DNA of 63,907 bases, the filler included, from Rhabdomonas costata (lineage: Eukaryota): assembly GCA_019059605.1 (NCBI GenBank). It is 32 parts of 32 records of this genome, joined end to end, with 100 filler letters (N's around TTAATTAATTAA, not from the genome) between each part and the next. Parts side by side here need not be neighbours in the genome. Positions count along the whole stretch, not along the records: positions 24,088 to 25,984 come from JAHMHO010007626.1; positions 26,085 to 27,981 come from JAHMHO010007627.1; positions 28,082 to 29,978 come from JAHMHO010007628.1; positions 30,079 to 31,973 come from JAHMHO010007629.1; positions 32,074 to 33,970 come from JAHMHO010007630.1; positions 34,071 to 35,967 come from JAHMHO010007631.1; positions 36,068 to 37,963 come from JAHMHO010007632.1; 25 more parts are not named here. One strand, written 5' to 3'. A program made the position numbers and the translations under genes. Positions 24,465 through 36,524 of this stretch are shown piece by piece; the stretch's first letter is position 1, and each line of letters starts with the position of its first letter. The notes beneath the pieces were generated by a model that saw nothing but the letters and a program-made list of their open reading frames with translations, was not told the DNA's origin and made no database searches.

Positions 24465-25608
24465 ATGTTCAAATTCGCTGAAGGTTCGGCGCAAAAAGCT
24501 GATGATCCTCCTCTTCAGGCTGGCCCTTATGTTCTCTCCAAGCTCCTGGGGCGAGGGTCCTATGGGCAGGTCCGCTTGGGCGTTCACAGGGAAACTGGTG
24601 CTCAAGTCGCTGTGAAAATCATGAACCGGGAAGAGGTGCATCGCTCGGCAAAACTCTTGCGGCGAGTGGAACGCGAAGTGAGCATTCTACGGCTGATGGA
24701 TCACCCTTGTGTGACGCGCTTCATTGACTTTCTGCAAACGAAAGCCCACCTGCTGATCGTCATCGAGTTCGTTGCTGGAGGGGACCTGTATCAGTTTCTG
24801 CGGAGAAACGCTGCTGGAGGACTTCCTGTGGCTCTGGCATTCAGGTTCTTTTACCAAGTACTGTCTGGGCTGGACTACTGCCATTCTTGTGGGATAGCTC
24901 ATCGTGACATCAAGGTATTTCCACCCACGTCTCCACCTTTTCTGCAGAATAGTGTTTGCTGTGTTTGCAGTGTTTCCGTATCCCAATCAGCCGGAGAACA
25001 TTCTTATGGACGTGGATAAACTCACCGTGAAATTGACTGATTTCGGAATGGCCAACCTAATGCGTGGGCGCCACCAGTTGCTGAACACCTCGTGCGGCTC
25101 CCCGCACTACGCCGCGCCGGAGGTTATCCGTGGCGAGAAGTACAACGGCACCTGCAGTGACATATGGAGCCTGGGCGTGCTGTTGTTCGGGCTCTGTGCG
25201 GGAAGGTTGCCTTTTGACAACCAAGACATTCCCAAGCTCCTGGACATGGCATGTTTCTTCCCTCTTGATTTTGGACTTGGGCCAGAGGGGAGATCATGAT
25301 TGGTTGTTTTAATTGGTTCGAAATATATTCGGCCTTTCGGCAGTAGCCACTACTTTTCAGTTGTTGTGGAGGTGCCAGCCCTGAAGGAGACACTGGACGA
25401 TAAGGTAAAGGAGCGAAAACTGAATGGAAGGAAACGTGGAAACGTGCACTTCACCTACATTTCCACGTTGCAAGGAAATGCCTGTTGCGAACAGGTTTGT
25501 GGAGGACAGTACCAGTTTCCCGTCCACTTTGATCCCCAGCTTCGGGATCTCATTGGGAGAATGCTTCTGATTTCCCCCGAGTGCCGGCTGACCCTCCCTC
25601 TGATCAAG
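24465..25608 (+). CDS. CAMKL-family Ser/Thr kinase (BRSK/SNF1-like); exons 24465-24914, 24991-25248, 25495-25608 (5' part of gene)
   Basis: LGRGSYGQV, VAVKI, HRDIK|PEN, DFG, TSCGSPHYAAPE, DIWSLG; second intron is GC-AG. Confidence 0.95.
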
Positions 25609-26638
25609 GTGTCCATCTCCAACTATCCCTTATGCACAGCTTTGATTTGGGGCTCGATTGTTTTCGTAATTTCGGATCAGGATTATGATTGTTCTGTCAT
25701 GTTCACTGGAAGTGACCCTTTCTTTTTCAACAATTTCCATCGCAAAAATTGATTCTGTGACTTTTCCCATCCAGAAAACGTTGTCCTTGCAACGCCGGAG
25801 AATGCTGGTGAGCATTTGGGGGCTATTGTTGCATGAGCTTTTTCCTCTTCCTGTGACCGTACCTCAGAATTGTCCCAAAAAAAATGTCCCCCAAGGTTGC
25901 AGAGCGCGGGAGCGTCGTTTCCTTGAGCTGATTCCTTTGTTTCCTTTGGCCGCTCCCTCAGACTCAGCGCCTGACCACCCACGCNNNNNNNNNNNNNNNN
26001 NNNNNNNNNNNNNNNNNNNNNNNNNNNNTTAATTAATTAANNNNNNNNNNNNNNNNNNNNNNNNNNNNNNNNNNNNNNNNNNNNTTGCCCGCAGTCTTTT
26101 AGAATTCATTCCGACCTGAGTTTTATTTGTCGGGTGTTCCTGCATGCGGGTTTCGTTTCAGCATTGCCATCGTCAGCCACAAGCATCTGCCTCCCTCGGA
26201 CTTCTGACCCCCCCGGGTTTCCGGGTTTCCGGTACTCAGCGGTGCCCTTCAGCGCTTGCCACACTTCATGCCCGGGTTCCGGGTGGGAGAAACGTAGAGA
26301 AACGTAGTAGTAAAAGTAGTGGCAGCTTTTTCCTTTCACTCCGTCTGTAACATTGAAGGTGGACTCAGGGGACACTTGCATCACACAATGACCCGCTGCT
26401 TCTTGTCTTGGAATGCTTGGTTAAGGTTGGGTATCTGTCTAAGTGAGCCTCTACTAGTGAGACGCTACTCTTAATTGTATTGCCTAGTACTTCTCCTTGC
26501 TCCTTTGCTTGTTTTTAATACAGGCGTGCTCTCCACTTTCCCGCTCTCTCCGTGATCCTTCCTCGACTCACATCCCTCTCGTGGTTCAAACCCACCCAAC
26601 TTTGCGTGCCTCAAGTTTTGGTTCTGCTGCGGTTGGCA

Positions 26639-27427
26639 ATGGCGGTGAACCCCTTCCTCAACAAGCTGCTCGTCCAGAGTATAAATGCCACCACTGCGAG
26701 GGAGGATGTCCAAACCCGCGAGTTCGTGTACCACCCACCCCCCTGCTGTCTGCTATTGTCTTTTTTTTTGCAATGCATTGCGACCCCTGCCAGTATTTCA
26801 TTTCAAAAGTGTAATTTTTTAATTTTGAAATGAAGCACGGCACTTCGTCACCACAGTTCAGTGAACGTACACCTGCAAACAAGAAACTGCTAACAACAGG
26901 CCTCTGCCGCCGATGGACCCAGAGCGCCGGAAGTTTCTGGAAGACGCCCTGGCAGAGGTCACGTACGACGTGGCGCAGCACATGAAGGAGTGCATCAAGG
27001 TGTGCATCCTGGGGAGAGCGCTCGCCTCTTGACTGATGTGAATTGCGGTGATGTGTGCGGGGAAGTCCCTCCTCTTGCTGTTGGTCTTCATCCTGCGACC
27101 CCCCCCCTTTTTTTTTCGCTTATCACGCGAATTTCTTCTGCACTTTTTTTTTCACCCACCTATTTTTATTCACTCCCAATGGGGAATGCAATTGTGTTGA
27201 ACTTAGCTTCGGCCTAGCGATCAACCGAACGCGGGTGGTTGGTTGGTGGGCGAATGGGTTCCCTATAGACGATATCCAGCCCTCCCGAGGGGCCGTCGGA
27301 CGACCCCGTGGTGGAGGCCCTGCAGAGCCTGCAGTTCGAGTGTGAGCAGATCGATGCGGCATCCAACCTGCACCGGCTGGGTGGGTTGCAGCCCACTCTC
27401 GAGCTGCTAGACCACGCCAACCCCGAG
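26639..27427 (+). CDS. Hsp70 nucleotide exchange factor Fes1/HSPBP1; exons 26639-26721, 26900-26999, 27269-27427 (5' part)
   Basis: LNKLLVQSI...MDPERRKFLEDAL...DVAQHMKECIK|...VEALQSLQFECEQIDAASNLHRLGGLQPTLELLDH. Confidence 0.88.
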
Positions 27428-27656
27428 GTATGACCCATCTCAAAAGTGAGAGTTTTCCACGCCAACATCAAACAGTCATAATCCAAAAAAAAAAACTCCG
27501 CATCAAAATGGACTGTTTCCTTCAGTTGCCTTACAGCTATCACTGCCAACAATATATAGCAGGCCACACCGTACAAAGAGAGTTTTCAACCACGGCACTC
27601 CACAGGATGCCGCGAAGGACCACCGGCATTAATATAGGCTAGAAAGACTTCTTTTA

Positions 27657-27750
27657 GAAATGTCACGTACTAAATTCTCAGTTTCTGGATGTTACTAGCC
27701 TTAACAAAATGTGGGCAATCCTCGGAGGCATGAGGTGATCTGGTGAAATA
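27657..27750. mobile_element. Short TIR-bounded repeat (MITE-like), divergent copy
   Basis: AAATGTCACGTACTAAATTCTCAGTTTCTGG...TGGTGAAATA aligns with the 8117 and 28103 copies. Confidence 0.45.
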
Positions 27751-28102
27751 AACGGCACCCAATTCACCCACGCAAATTCATCGAAAATCACCCACATCTG
27801 CATTTTTTTCAGGCAATATGGGTGAAAAATGGATTTTTCCCCTCCAAACCTCTGCTCGAAGTTCGAAATGTCTCCTTTTCTCGGAAAGGCTTTTTTGAAC
27901 CTCTCAGTTTGCGTGCCCAGTGCGGCCTTCTCTGCACGTTCGGTTGTGCGCTTTTCTTATTTGACCACGCACACCCCCCCCNNNNNNNNNNNNNNNNNNN
28001 NNNNNNNNNNNNNNNNNNNNNNNNNTTAATTAATTAANNNNNNNNNNNNNNNNNNNNNNNNNNNNNNNNNNNNNNNNNNNNAATAGAGGGCGAAAAAACT
28101 CC

Positions 28103-28260
28103 GAATGTCACAGGCTCTCAGTTTCAGGGTCGAGCTAACCCTATACTGTTCATTGTGTGCTCATTCTGAGGGTAACTCACGAAAACCGCACGTGGTCCCT
28201 AACCCCAACCCTAACCTAACCCTAACCTAACCCTAACCCTAACCCTAACATGGTGACATA
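28103..28260. mobile_element. Short TIR-bounded repeat (MITE-like) containing telomeric repeats
   Basis: GAATGTCACA...TGGTGACATA termini; internal block shared with the 8117 copy. Confidence 0.55.
28197..28249 (+). repeat. Interstitial telomere-type (CCCTAA)n tract with CCTAA and CCCCAA variants
   Basis: CCCTAACCCCAACCCTAACCTAACCCTAACCTAACCCTAACCCTAACCCTAAC. Confidence 0.9.
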
Positions 28261-28897
28261 AGGCTCCCAGCAACCTGAATTGGGTACACAACGTCTTGAT
28301 ACCAGGTGATAGGGTATGTGTGTGGGCCATTCCCACAGTTAGAGGGCGAATGTCCCAGGCAAGTTTACTGATCGTTTAATGTGTCCCATGGAAGTCTGGG
28401 CTTGGCTTGGCGTGATTACCACAGATTAAGACATGGTTAGCAATGCTACTGCGTTACACCGCAACACGGATTTTTAGCCTCGGTAGCACGAAAACGTTGA
28501 AAACGTATCCTATGCACACATACCAGCCTAGCGGCATCTTATGGCGTTCCCAGGACTTCAATCGGAAACACGTAACATACTAAATCCTGAGTTTCGGCAT
28601 GTATCTTTTGACTTGCCCAAAGTAAATCCCATTGAAGTCAAGACTGAAACAACCTCGCTTTCAAAAAATAAATAACATGCGGGCTGATGTCCTTTTTGCT
28701 TTTTCAGGCCATATATATTAGGGTTTGCGGTAGTATACGACACATCGCATAGGCCATGCGCTGCTTTTAAACACGAAATGGGGCACCTCACTGATACCAA
28801 CGCTACGAGGTGCCGTCTGAGTTTCGGGATTAACTTATGTGATTACAATTAGCGATCCTGAGTAGACCGCCCGGCCCACCTGGCATTGCACGCTAAC

Positions 28898-29673
28898 CTT
28901 TAGTACAGCAGGAACTCTCCGTACAGCCTTGGGCAGGGCACATCGTCGCGCTGAAGGGCTTGTAGCGGTAGCCCTCAGGGCAGCTCAGGTTGAGGCAAGG
29001 GAAGCTCGGGTTGGCTGCGAGATACAGAGCATAGGGGGGAAGCACCGACCAAAGTAAACCGACCAAGGTGACTTGAAGCAGATCTGAAAACAACTGCTGC
29101 AGGCGCATTCAGCAAGACCTGTAGATGCGACGCGCGGACTTGGGAACAAAGTAGGGCCACCTTTCGGGGCAGGCGGGCGAAAAGTGTGGAGAGGCGTACC
29201 CATGAGACTGTACTCCATGGCAGAGAAACTGGATGCGAAGTAACCGCCCGTGGTCACCAGGTTGGACCCCAGCCGGCTCTCCGTGAAGGAGTAAAGGTCA
29301 CCGGGTACCGCCTCGGGGCAGGTCATCCATTGCACCCCGTCCGCAGAAACGTAGCAAACCAACCCGTCCGCGGAGAAATACGAATACGCGAGGTTCCACA
29401 GCAGCCCTCCCAGGGAGGCCAAACCGACGCTCGGTGTGTACATGTCGAGCCCCGTGGCGTTGATCCAGTTCCACAGGACCCCATCGCCACTGCAGTACAC
29501 CTGAGACGGGCGGGACGGTCTTGCAAGAGGTATACTTTCGGGTAAACCCCGGGAACCACACACCACCTAACTAAATAACTATGCCCCCAAGTATCTATCC
29601 AATCAGCAGCAACGTCTCGCAACCATTTTAAACCGCCACCATCAGAGCTGACGAAGTATACGGAGTGCGTCAA
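28898..29673 (-). CDS. Extracellular protein with BNR/Asp-box-like beta-propeller repeats and a Cys-rich module; exons about 29673-29565, 29500-29200, 29014-28898
   Basis: S.DG..W motifs (SSDGGGLKW, SGDGVLW, SADGVQW), then CLNLSCPEGY...CPAQGCTESSCC. Confidence 0.65.
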
Positions 29674-30552
29674 AGCTCGGTTAAGGAGTGTTCAGGTCAT
29701 AAATTTCGCGCACCCCTTCCTCCTATTGCGGAAGAACGTTGAAAACGATGAGAAGAAGGGAGCGTGTATCATACGTACCCATGCGCTGCTTAGTAGGGCG
29801 GATAGAAAGCGTCTCGTCCTAAAAACTATGCTTGAAGCTTTGCTTTCTCCCCACTTTTTCTCTATCCTTTGAAAACCTTGGCGACACTCACGGCAGCAAA
29901 GGAAAACACAGTCCAGCGCGATACCAGGTTTCCAATGGTTCCACTGATCACCCACACCACCCCACACACACCCAACACNNNNNNNNNNNNNNNNNNNNNN
30001 NNNNNNNNNNNNNNNNNNNNNNTTAATTAATTAANNNNNNNNNNNNNNNNNNNNNNNNNNNNNNNNNNNNNNNNNNNNGGGTGAAAACGTTGAAAACCTC
30101 AACCTTTTTGTGATGTACATTTTCCTTCTGTGGGGTGACTTCGAGTTAACTTGTCATTCTGCATCGATGGTAACTATTCTGGTTCTTGCGCACATGCCTC
30201 TTTTGCTTGCATCGTTGTTGTATTCTTCTAACCGGATCGGTTTGTCGGGTCATCACTCATCTGTGAAATCCTTTGCGAGCTGGTCCCATAGGACGGTCAC
30301 CGACGATGGCAAGCACATTGATTTGAACACTGGACAATGTGACTTTGCAGGAGCAATTTGATTGTTGGTTTTTGGTCATTATGGCGAATACCGTCTTACG
30401 GCGTGGCAAAGCAGCTGGGAGAGTCGTGCTGAGTGCACTGACATCACCAGTTTTGGGCAGAGGGGGATTTTTTCGGGTATGCCTTTTGGTCCTTTCCCTC
30501 CCTTCCACTCTATCATTGGTTTTTCCCGTTCGTTACCCGGTTACCCTTTCAG

Positions 30553-31970
30553 GTTGCTGTTGAGGGCAGCCCGCGGTCGGAATACCAGTGGTCTAGTCTG
30601 GGCCCTTTGGCCTCCGCTGCGTTGGTGGCGATCCGGTGCTGCGCCCAGGACGTCCTGCCGGCGCCCCTGAAGCCCGGCGTCTCGGTGCTGGTCTCCGACG
30701 TGGTCGCCCTGCACGAACTGTTCGTTGCGAGCTCGCGGTTCCCGGACATTGTGGCCCAGCTGGAGGTTCTGCCGGCCGCCTGCCCATCCCCCTTTCCTCC
30801 AATCCCATCTGGGGAGATCTTTCTGATCGGAAGAGCCTTTTTCTCAAGATTAATAATTCAAAATGGTTCATCCAAGCTCGCAGTGATAAAGGGCCGAGGG
30901 TGCAACGACCCAAGCGAAGTGAAAAAAAGAAAAGCCCCTTAATACATGGGGTTTTGGGGGATTCCTTTCATGTGTTGGCTTGGTTTTGGAAGGCTGAGGT
31001 TGGCTGTTGCCGGGCAATGCGGTCCGTCCGGTTCTCTGTGGTACGGCTTTGTGCGCAGTGACTGGGGGATCCATGGATGCGTGGGTCTTGAAAAAGGAGT
31101 GTGGTTCCACACAGCTGTATTTAAAGGAAAATTCGTTGAGACTTTCAGGCGCTTAGAAGCATGGGGTGACCACGCGAACATCTACTACTTATATACTATT
31201 CTGAAAGATATCAATTACCCACGACTTCTCCGGGACGATCACATGAGGTGTGGCTGGGTTGGTGGGTAGACCTGAAAACTTTGGAAACGAGTGCGTAACG
31301 AGGCAAGATGTAATGGCAAGACCGTATCGTTCTTTTCTTCGTGTCCCGTGACGCCGAAATCATGGTCGCCAATCGGGCAAGGACCGGTGGAGTTAGCGGT
31401 GGGGGCGGACGCACAGGCGCTGTTCCGGCAGCTCTCCGACCCTCTCGGGGCGACGGCGTGGAACTTCCCGTTCACCCTCCCCACGGCCGCAGCCCCTTCC
31501 TCCTCCTCCGGTGGGGGCCCCGCCCCACGCCAGCGCACTTTCAGTGGCAGCAGTGGGTCCCACCTCGGGATCGTTCCCGTGGGGGCCTCCACTATCCTCC
31601 CCACTGGCACCGGCGGTGCGGGTGGCGGGCGGACAACCTCTCCAGGCGCCACGCGGAGCAACCTCAGTCCCTCCGTGAGTGGCGAGCTCACCGTACCCCC
31701 GCCCGTTGCGGCAGCCATCCCGCTGACGATTATTCCCGACCCAGCATCGAAGTACTCCGCGGGGGCGCTGGGAGAGGAGCCTGGGAGCGTTCCCCGCTGT
31801 GAGACGATCCAGGAGGTGCTCCGGCTGCCGGACAACCGTCTGTGCTTCGACTGCGGGGTGGGAGGGCCACACTGGGCCAGCGCCAACCTGGGGCTGTTCC
31901 TGTGCAACCAGTGCGCGGGGTTCCACCGCCAGCTCGGCACACACATCAGCAAAGTCCGCAGCACCACCCC
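30553..31970 (+). CDS. ArfGAP-domain protein; exons 30553-30765 and 31417 to contig end
   Basis: NRLCFDCGVGGPHWASANLGLFLCNQCAGFHRQLGTHISKVRS (Cx2Cx16Cx2Cx4R). Confidence 0.93.
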
Positions 31971-32395
31971 ACANNNNNNNNNNNNNNNNNNNNNNNNNNN
32001 NNNNNNNNNNNNNNNNNTTAATTAATTAANNNNNNNNNNNNNNNNNNNNNNNNNNNNNNNNNNNNNNNNNNNNTGTGTTCTTTGTTATTTTTGGACCAAA
32101 CTTCTATATTTTGACCCGAGTTTTACCTGCTACAACTTTGTCATTGGATGCGTCATCATTGCCGTCAATTACATTCCGTCTGCGGGCGGTAAGCACGGAG
32201 CGAAGCGACGCCGTAGGCAACTAAATGGCATCTTTTGCTGACGATCTATTGAGTTTTCTGTTGCTCGCCATATGACAAAGCTCAATTTTAAAATGCCCGG
32301 GATTTGGTCGCTACGTCATTGTGCTGGGGAGCGGAGGGCACGCCTCTCTGGAAGTTAGGAACCGGCATTCTCCGTCTCCTGTGTTTGGGACACAG

Positions 32396-33277
32396 GCGGC
32401 TATCTTCTTCTCGGACATCTGCCACTTCTCTGCTTTGGCCAACACGTTATCCGCAGAGGCCCTGCTACAGTGGATCGGGTACATCTTCCGGGTCATCGAC
32501 CAGTGCGCAGAGCACTACGATGTTTACAAGATAAAGGTGTTCCTCTTTGAAAAGAAAGGCGATCAGGATCTAGGTCAACCCGCTACTTAAACTTCTGACA
32601 GTTTTGGTGTTTACGGGTAACAGAGCTGTCCGTCGGCGAAACTCTCCCTATCGTTGTGTCTTTGCCCCATCGCTTTGAAACCTTTTTTGACATCCACCCA
32701 CAATGGTCGTTCGCGCACACTAAGCCCTGTGGTCCTCCCCCGCTGGACGACGCAAAGGTCTCAGAGGTCTCTTGCTGCGCTGACAACGCGTTCGAGAGGA
32801 TGAAGTTACTGCAATGGGAATGGATCCCAATGAGCTGTCTTTATTTCAATCTTTTTGGGATGTCTCACCATCTCCACCTCTGCTCTCAGTGGTGGTGGGG
32901 AGTTATACCCCAAGAGTATTTTCCGTTCGATAATGGTGGCCGCACCTTGAGCTTTGTTCAACTCATGTCAGAAGCAGAGTTAGGGGACTAAGTTGTTGCG
33001 TCGCCTTCATCGCATTTCAATACATTCAACGTGACATCGGCAGACTGTCGGGGATGCTTACCTGGCCGTCGCTGGGCTGCCTTCCCGGAGGAGCGGAAAT
33101 CCCTTAGCGGGCCCTAGCGAGGAGGAGGACGGCGAGGGCCCCACCCACGCCCGCCGTACCCTGGAGCTCGCGGCATCGCTGGTGCAGATCTTCAGCGGGG
33201 CGTACGTCCACCCCGACGCCGGGGAGGTCCTGCAAGAGATTTCGCGGCGAAGCGTCTTAATGCGCCGGAGCTCAGGC
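32396..33277 (+). CDS. Class III adenylate cyclase catalytic-domain exons 32396-32536 and 33044-about 33277
   Basis: IFFSDICHFS...DVYKIK|TVGDAYLAVAGLP; KIKT lysine indicates ATP specificity. Confidence 0.9.
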
Positions 33278-34070
33278 GTGTGGGTCTTTTCTGGCTGTTT
33301 TCTGAACTGCGCCTTGCCTCAAGGCAGCTCTTCGCGGTTATCGAGAGAAAGAGAGACGCATTGATTGTTTCTTCGCTTTGATTCCGAGGGAACAGTGGCA
33401 AGGGGCTGTCGCACGGTTCATACATATAGCACCTTTGCCACCATGCCCCCGTGACGGAGTGACGGGACGGAGTGGGGCATGATTGCAAACTTGCACACTT
33501 TGCTTCGGATTTGACCTTGATGACGGAGACGCGTGATGGCTGATTGCTAAAGGAAGGTCGGTTGCGGTGGCATTGATTTTTTTTTTTGAAAAACTCAATT
33601 GATAAATGATCCCTCACCTTTGGAAATAAGGAAAAAAGAATTCATAGCCGGGGGCCTCATGTGGGCCCCAAGACACAGTTCCCCCTCAGAAATTCTTTCC
33701 TGTGCAGTGACCTCAATTGCTCGTTTGCGCAGTGTCCAGTAGGACTGAAAGAGCGGTCAATTTAGGCCAGAATATCTTTCTGTGGCGCATTGTGCCAAAT
33801 ACGCAACCAAACCCGCTGTCAGGGAAGAAAAAGCCGGCACGAAACCAAACTGCAAGTGCAGATAGATAGAAACCGTTAGGATTTCTGGATTTTGTCCACA
33901 TCCAGAGCGAAAGCAAACCCCTCCAACAGCAGCCTTTCACATCCCTTCCATCCCATAGCCTCCCTCCACANNNNNNNNNNNNNNNNNNNNNNNNNNNNNN
34001 NNNNNNNNNNNNNNTTAATTAATTAANNNNNNNNNNNNNNNNNNNNNNNNNNNNNNNNNNNNNNNNNNNN

Positions 34071-34325
34071 AACCCTTATGCCCCCCCCCCTCTGCGGGGC
34101 TGTTGTGTGCGCCGGACTTTTGAACACTGAATAATGTGACGATCTGCCCCGCAGAGGGGGGGGGGCTTGTTTTTTCTTCTTTTGTGTGCACTTCTGATTA
34201 TGTGATGTGTGCAGGCTCTTTTTGACCATGATGCCCTGTGTGTTGAAACCCTTATGTCCCCCCCTCTGTGGGGCTGTTGTGTGCGCCGGACTTTTGAACA
34301 CTGAATAATGTGACGATCTGCCCCC
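34071..34325. repeat. Direct repeat of about 80 bp, two copies (34071-34150, 34247-34325)
   Basis: AACCCTTATG...GGGGCTGTTGTGTGCGCCGGACTTTTGAACACTGAATAATGTGACGATCTGCCCC occurs twice. Confidence 0.9.
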
Positions 34326-34587
34326 CCCCTCTCTGTCTGCTCGAAAAAAGTGAAAGTGTATTATTGCCTTATGCCGACCATTCGCGGTTCGTTCCCCTAA
34401 ACCCTCTGCGTCCTCTGTGGTAGTCTTATGCGAACTTTTGAAATAGTGTTACCGATGGTGTTCTTGTTTGCATGTGCGTCTGCATCACTTGACGGCAACG
34501 TTGCAGCTGCCTCAGTAATGGTGCGATTTATTCAGAAGGGGGCGTGGTTCCAGGTGTCTATGTGTGTATGTGGGGGCGGGGGTGCAG

Positions 34588-35581
34588 GCTCCTTTTTGAA
34601 ACGGCCGCGATGATGAGTGGGGAGCGAAAGCTTCTCGAGGCCTTTGCACTGCTGGAAAGGACAATGGAGCTGCTCACGCAGAGCCAGACTAAGGCTTGCG
34701 CTGGGGGCATGGCTCGCTGTGAAGGACCGCTGGCCGTCATCAGAGAGAAGAATACGTCGTTGTTCCGGCAGGTGCGTAGACCCACAGGAAAGAATTTGGG
34801 CTGCTCACTCCGACGTGCACTGTGTATGTGTTCGCTGTGCACATAAGTGCACACCGCGGGTCCCAGCGTTTGAGCACGTCAGGCCGGATGCCTGCCTAGC
34901 CCAATTCTTGGAATTGAAGGTTGTGTGGATGCACATTCCATTGATGGAGTTTCATACGGAAGCCACTCTTCCCGTGAAACTTCGGTCTTTATGTGGTCAC
35001 TTATGAAGGCATAGTCAAACGCATGCCCTGAATGAGGAAAACAGAGACGTGGGTGCAAGCGGACCTCAAGCTTTTCCCCGCAATCAATTATGAGGCATGT
35101 CTTGCTGGAGTCCCTAATTGTTCTCGTGTTGTCGCGCGCACATTCATACCACACAAACGAAAACAAAATAGCAAAGGTGGACTTCTTCTGCGATACAAAT
35201 TTCACAACACACTCCCAAGAACTGTACAAAGATGAGATGTTGATGGATCGTGTCTGTTTCTTTTTTCATGCGGGCTCGCACTATCACACTTTGGATCATG
35301 CATCTCAATCCTTTCCACAAGTGCGGAGGTTTGGGTTTTTGATGGAAGAGGTGAAGGGGGGGGGGCAGGCGTTGCGTTATGCTCTTCTGTAGGCCCGGAC
35401 GCAGGCCCTTGCGCTAGCGCCTTTTCTCCCAATGCTTCCTCCCCGGGACGGAGGCCAGGGCGAGGCCGGGGGGGAGCCTGTGGAGCAGACTGTGCTGAGC
35501 TGCGCTCTGCAGCTTGGGCGGGCGGGTGCGACAGAGGAGCTTTTCGGGAACTACACCCTGGCTCACTCCATCTACTGCAAG
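34588..35581 (+). CDS. ATG1/ULK-like C-terminal tandem MIT region; exons 34588-34771 and 35393-35581
   Basis: ERKLLEAFALL and PVEQTVLSCALQLGRAGATEELFGNYTLAHSIYCK resemble the ATG1 C-terminal AL..GR.G...E..G...A...Y.K pattern. Confidence 0.65.
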
Positions 35582-36200
35582 GTTTCACACCCCACACTAC
35601 TTTGTCCTCTCCCCTCTCTGCTCTCTTCTTTCCGCACTTTATTTCGTTGTCTCTTTTTACAGCTTCGGAGGAGGAAGGTGAAGGCCCGGTGTCTTTTGTA
35701 TCTACAGTAGGTCTCCCGAAACGCATTGGTAATTCCTGGGTGCATCTGTGCACGCTTTATTAGTGCACTAAAAAATGCTATGAGGAGGGACGGCAGAAAG
35801 AACGGGGCGGGCATCATACATATGACAACGGGTTGATACATTTTGTTGCACACGTATAACGTCTATAACGTTGGTATATGCCAGTGGTTATCATGTTTAA
35901 GTAAGATTCAAGTACATGGGGTTAACCATCCGAATGCCTGCATGCCCTTTGAACCTGCAAAACTTTCNNNNNNNNNNNNNNNNNNNNNNNNNNNNNNNNN
36001 NNNNNNNNNNNTTAATTAATTAANNNNNNNNNNNNNNNNNNNNNNNNNNNNNNNNNNNNNNNNNNNNGATTGGGGTTCAGGAGGGACAGTAGTATTCTGG
36101 GGGGCGGGGCCTTAAACGTATAACCGCGGTAAACATTTTGGACACTGTGGATCCACTGGGACAACTGTTATTAGTTTAGTGGCGGAAGCCGCACGCCGCG

Positions 36201-36297
36201 CTCGGAGCGGAGGGAAAAATCGCTGAAGCATTTTAAAAGATCCTCCTCCATTCAGACTTGTTCAAAATGCTTCAGCGATTTTTCTTTCCGCTCTGAG
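36201..36297. repeat. Imperfect internal inverted repeat (about 34-bp arms)
   Basis: CTCGGAGCGGAGGGAAAAATCGCTGAAGCATTTT pairs with AAAATGCTTCAGCGATTTTTCTTTCCGCTCTGAG. Confidence 0.8.
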
Positions 36298-36524
36298 TTT
36301 GTTTCCTCCTTCTTGCTCCCTTTTGCATAGTTTTTTCCCATGAGCTTTGCTTCTGTGCCCCTCGGACAATTTGGGAGGTTCCTTCTCGTCACTGCGACTT
36401 TTTGTTCCTTTATGGCCCTCTCTCTTCGAATATCGGGTTTTGTTCCAGCTGCATTACTTACTTACTTGCCTGGAAGGGAAGTAATGGGTGTTTGTTGGCT
36501 GTGAATGGTTTTGGGTGTGTGCAG

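Noticed and set aside
28197-28249. True chromosome end
   Set aside because: Tract is short, degenerate and flanked on both sides by non-telomeric sequence
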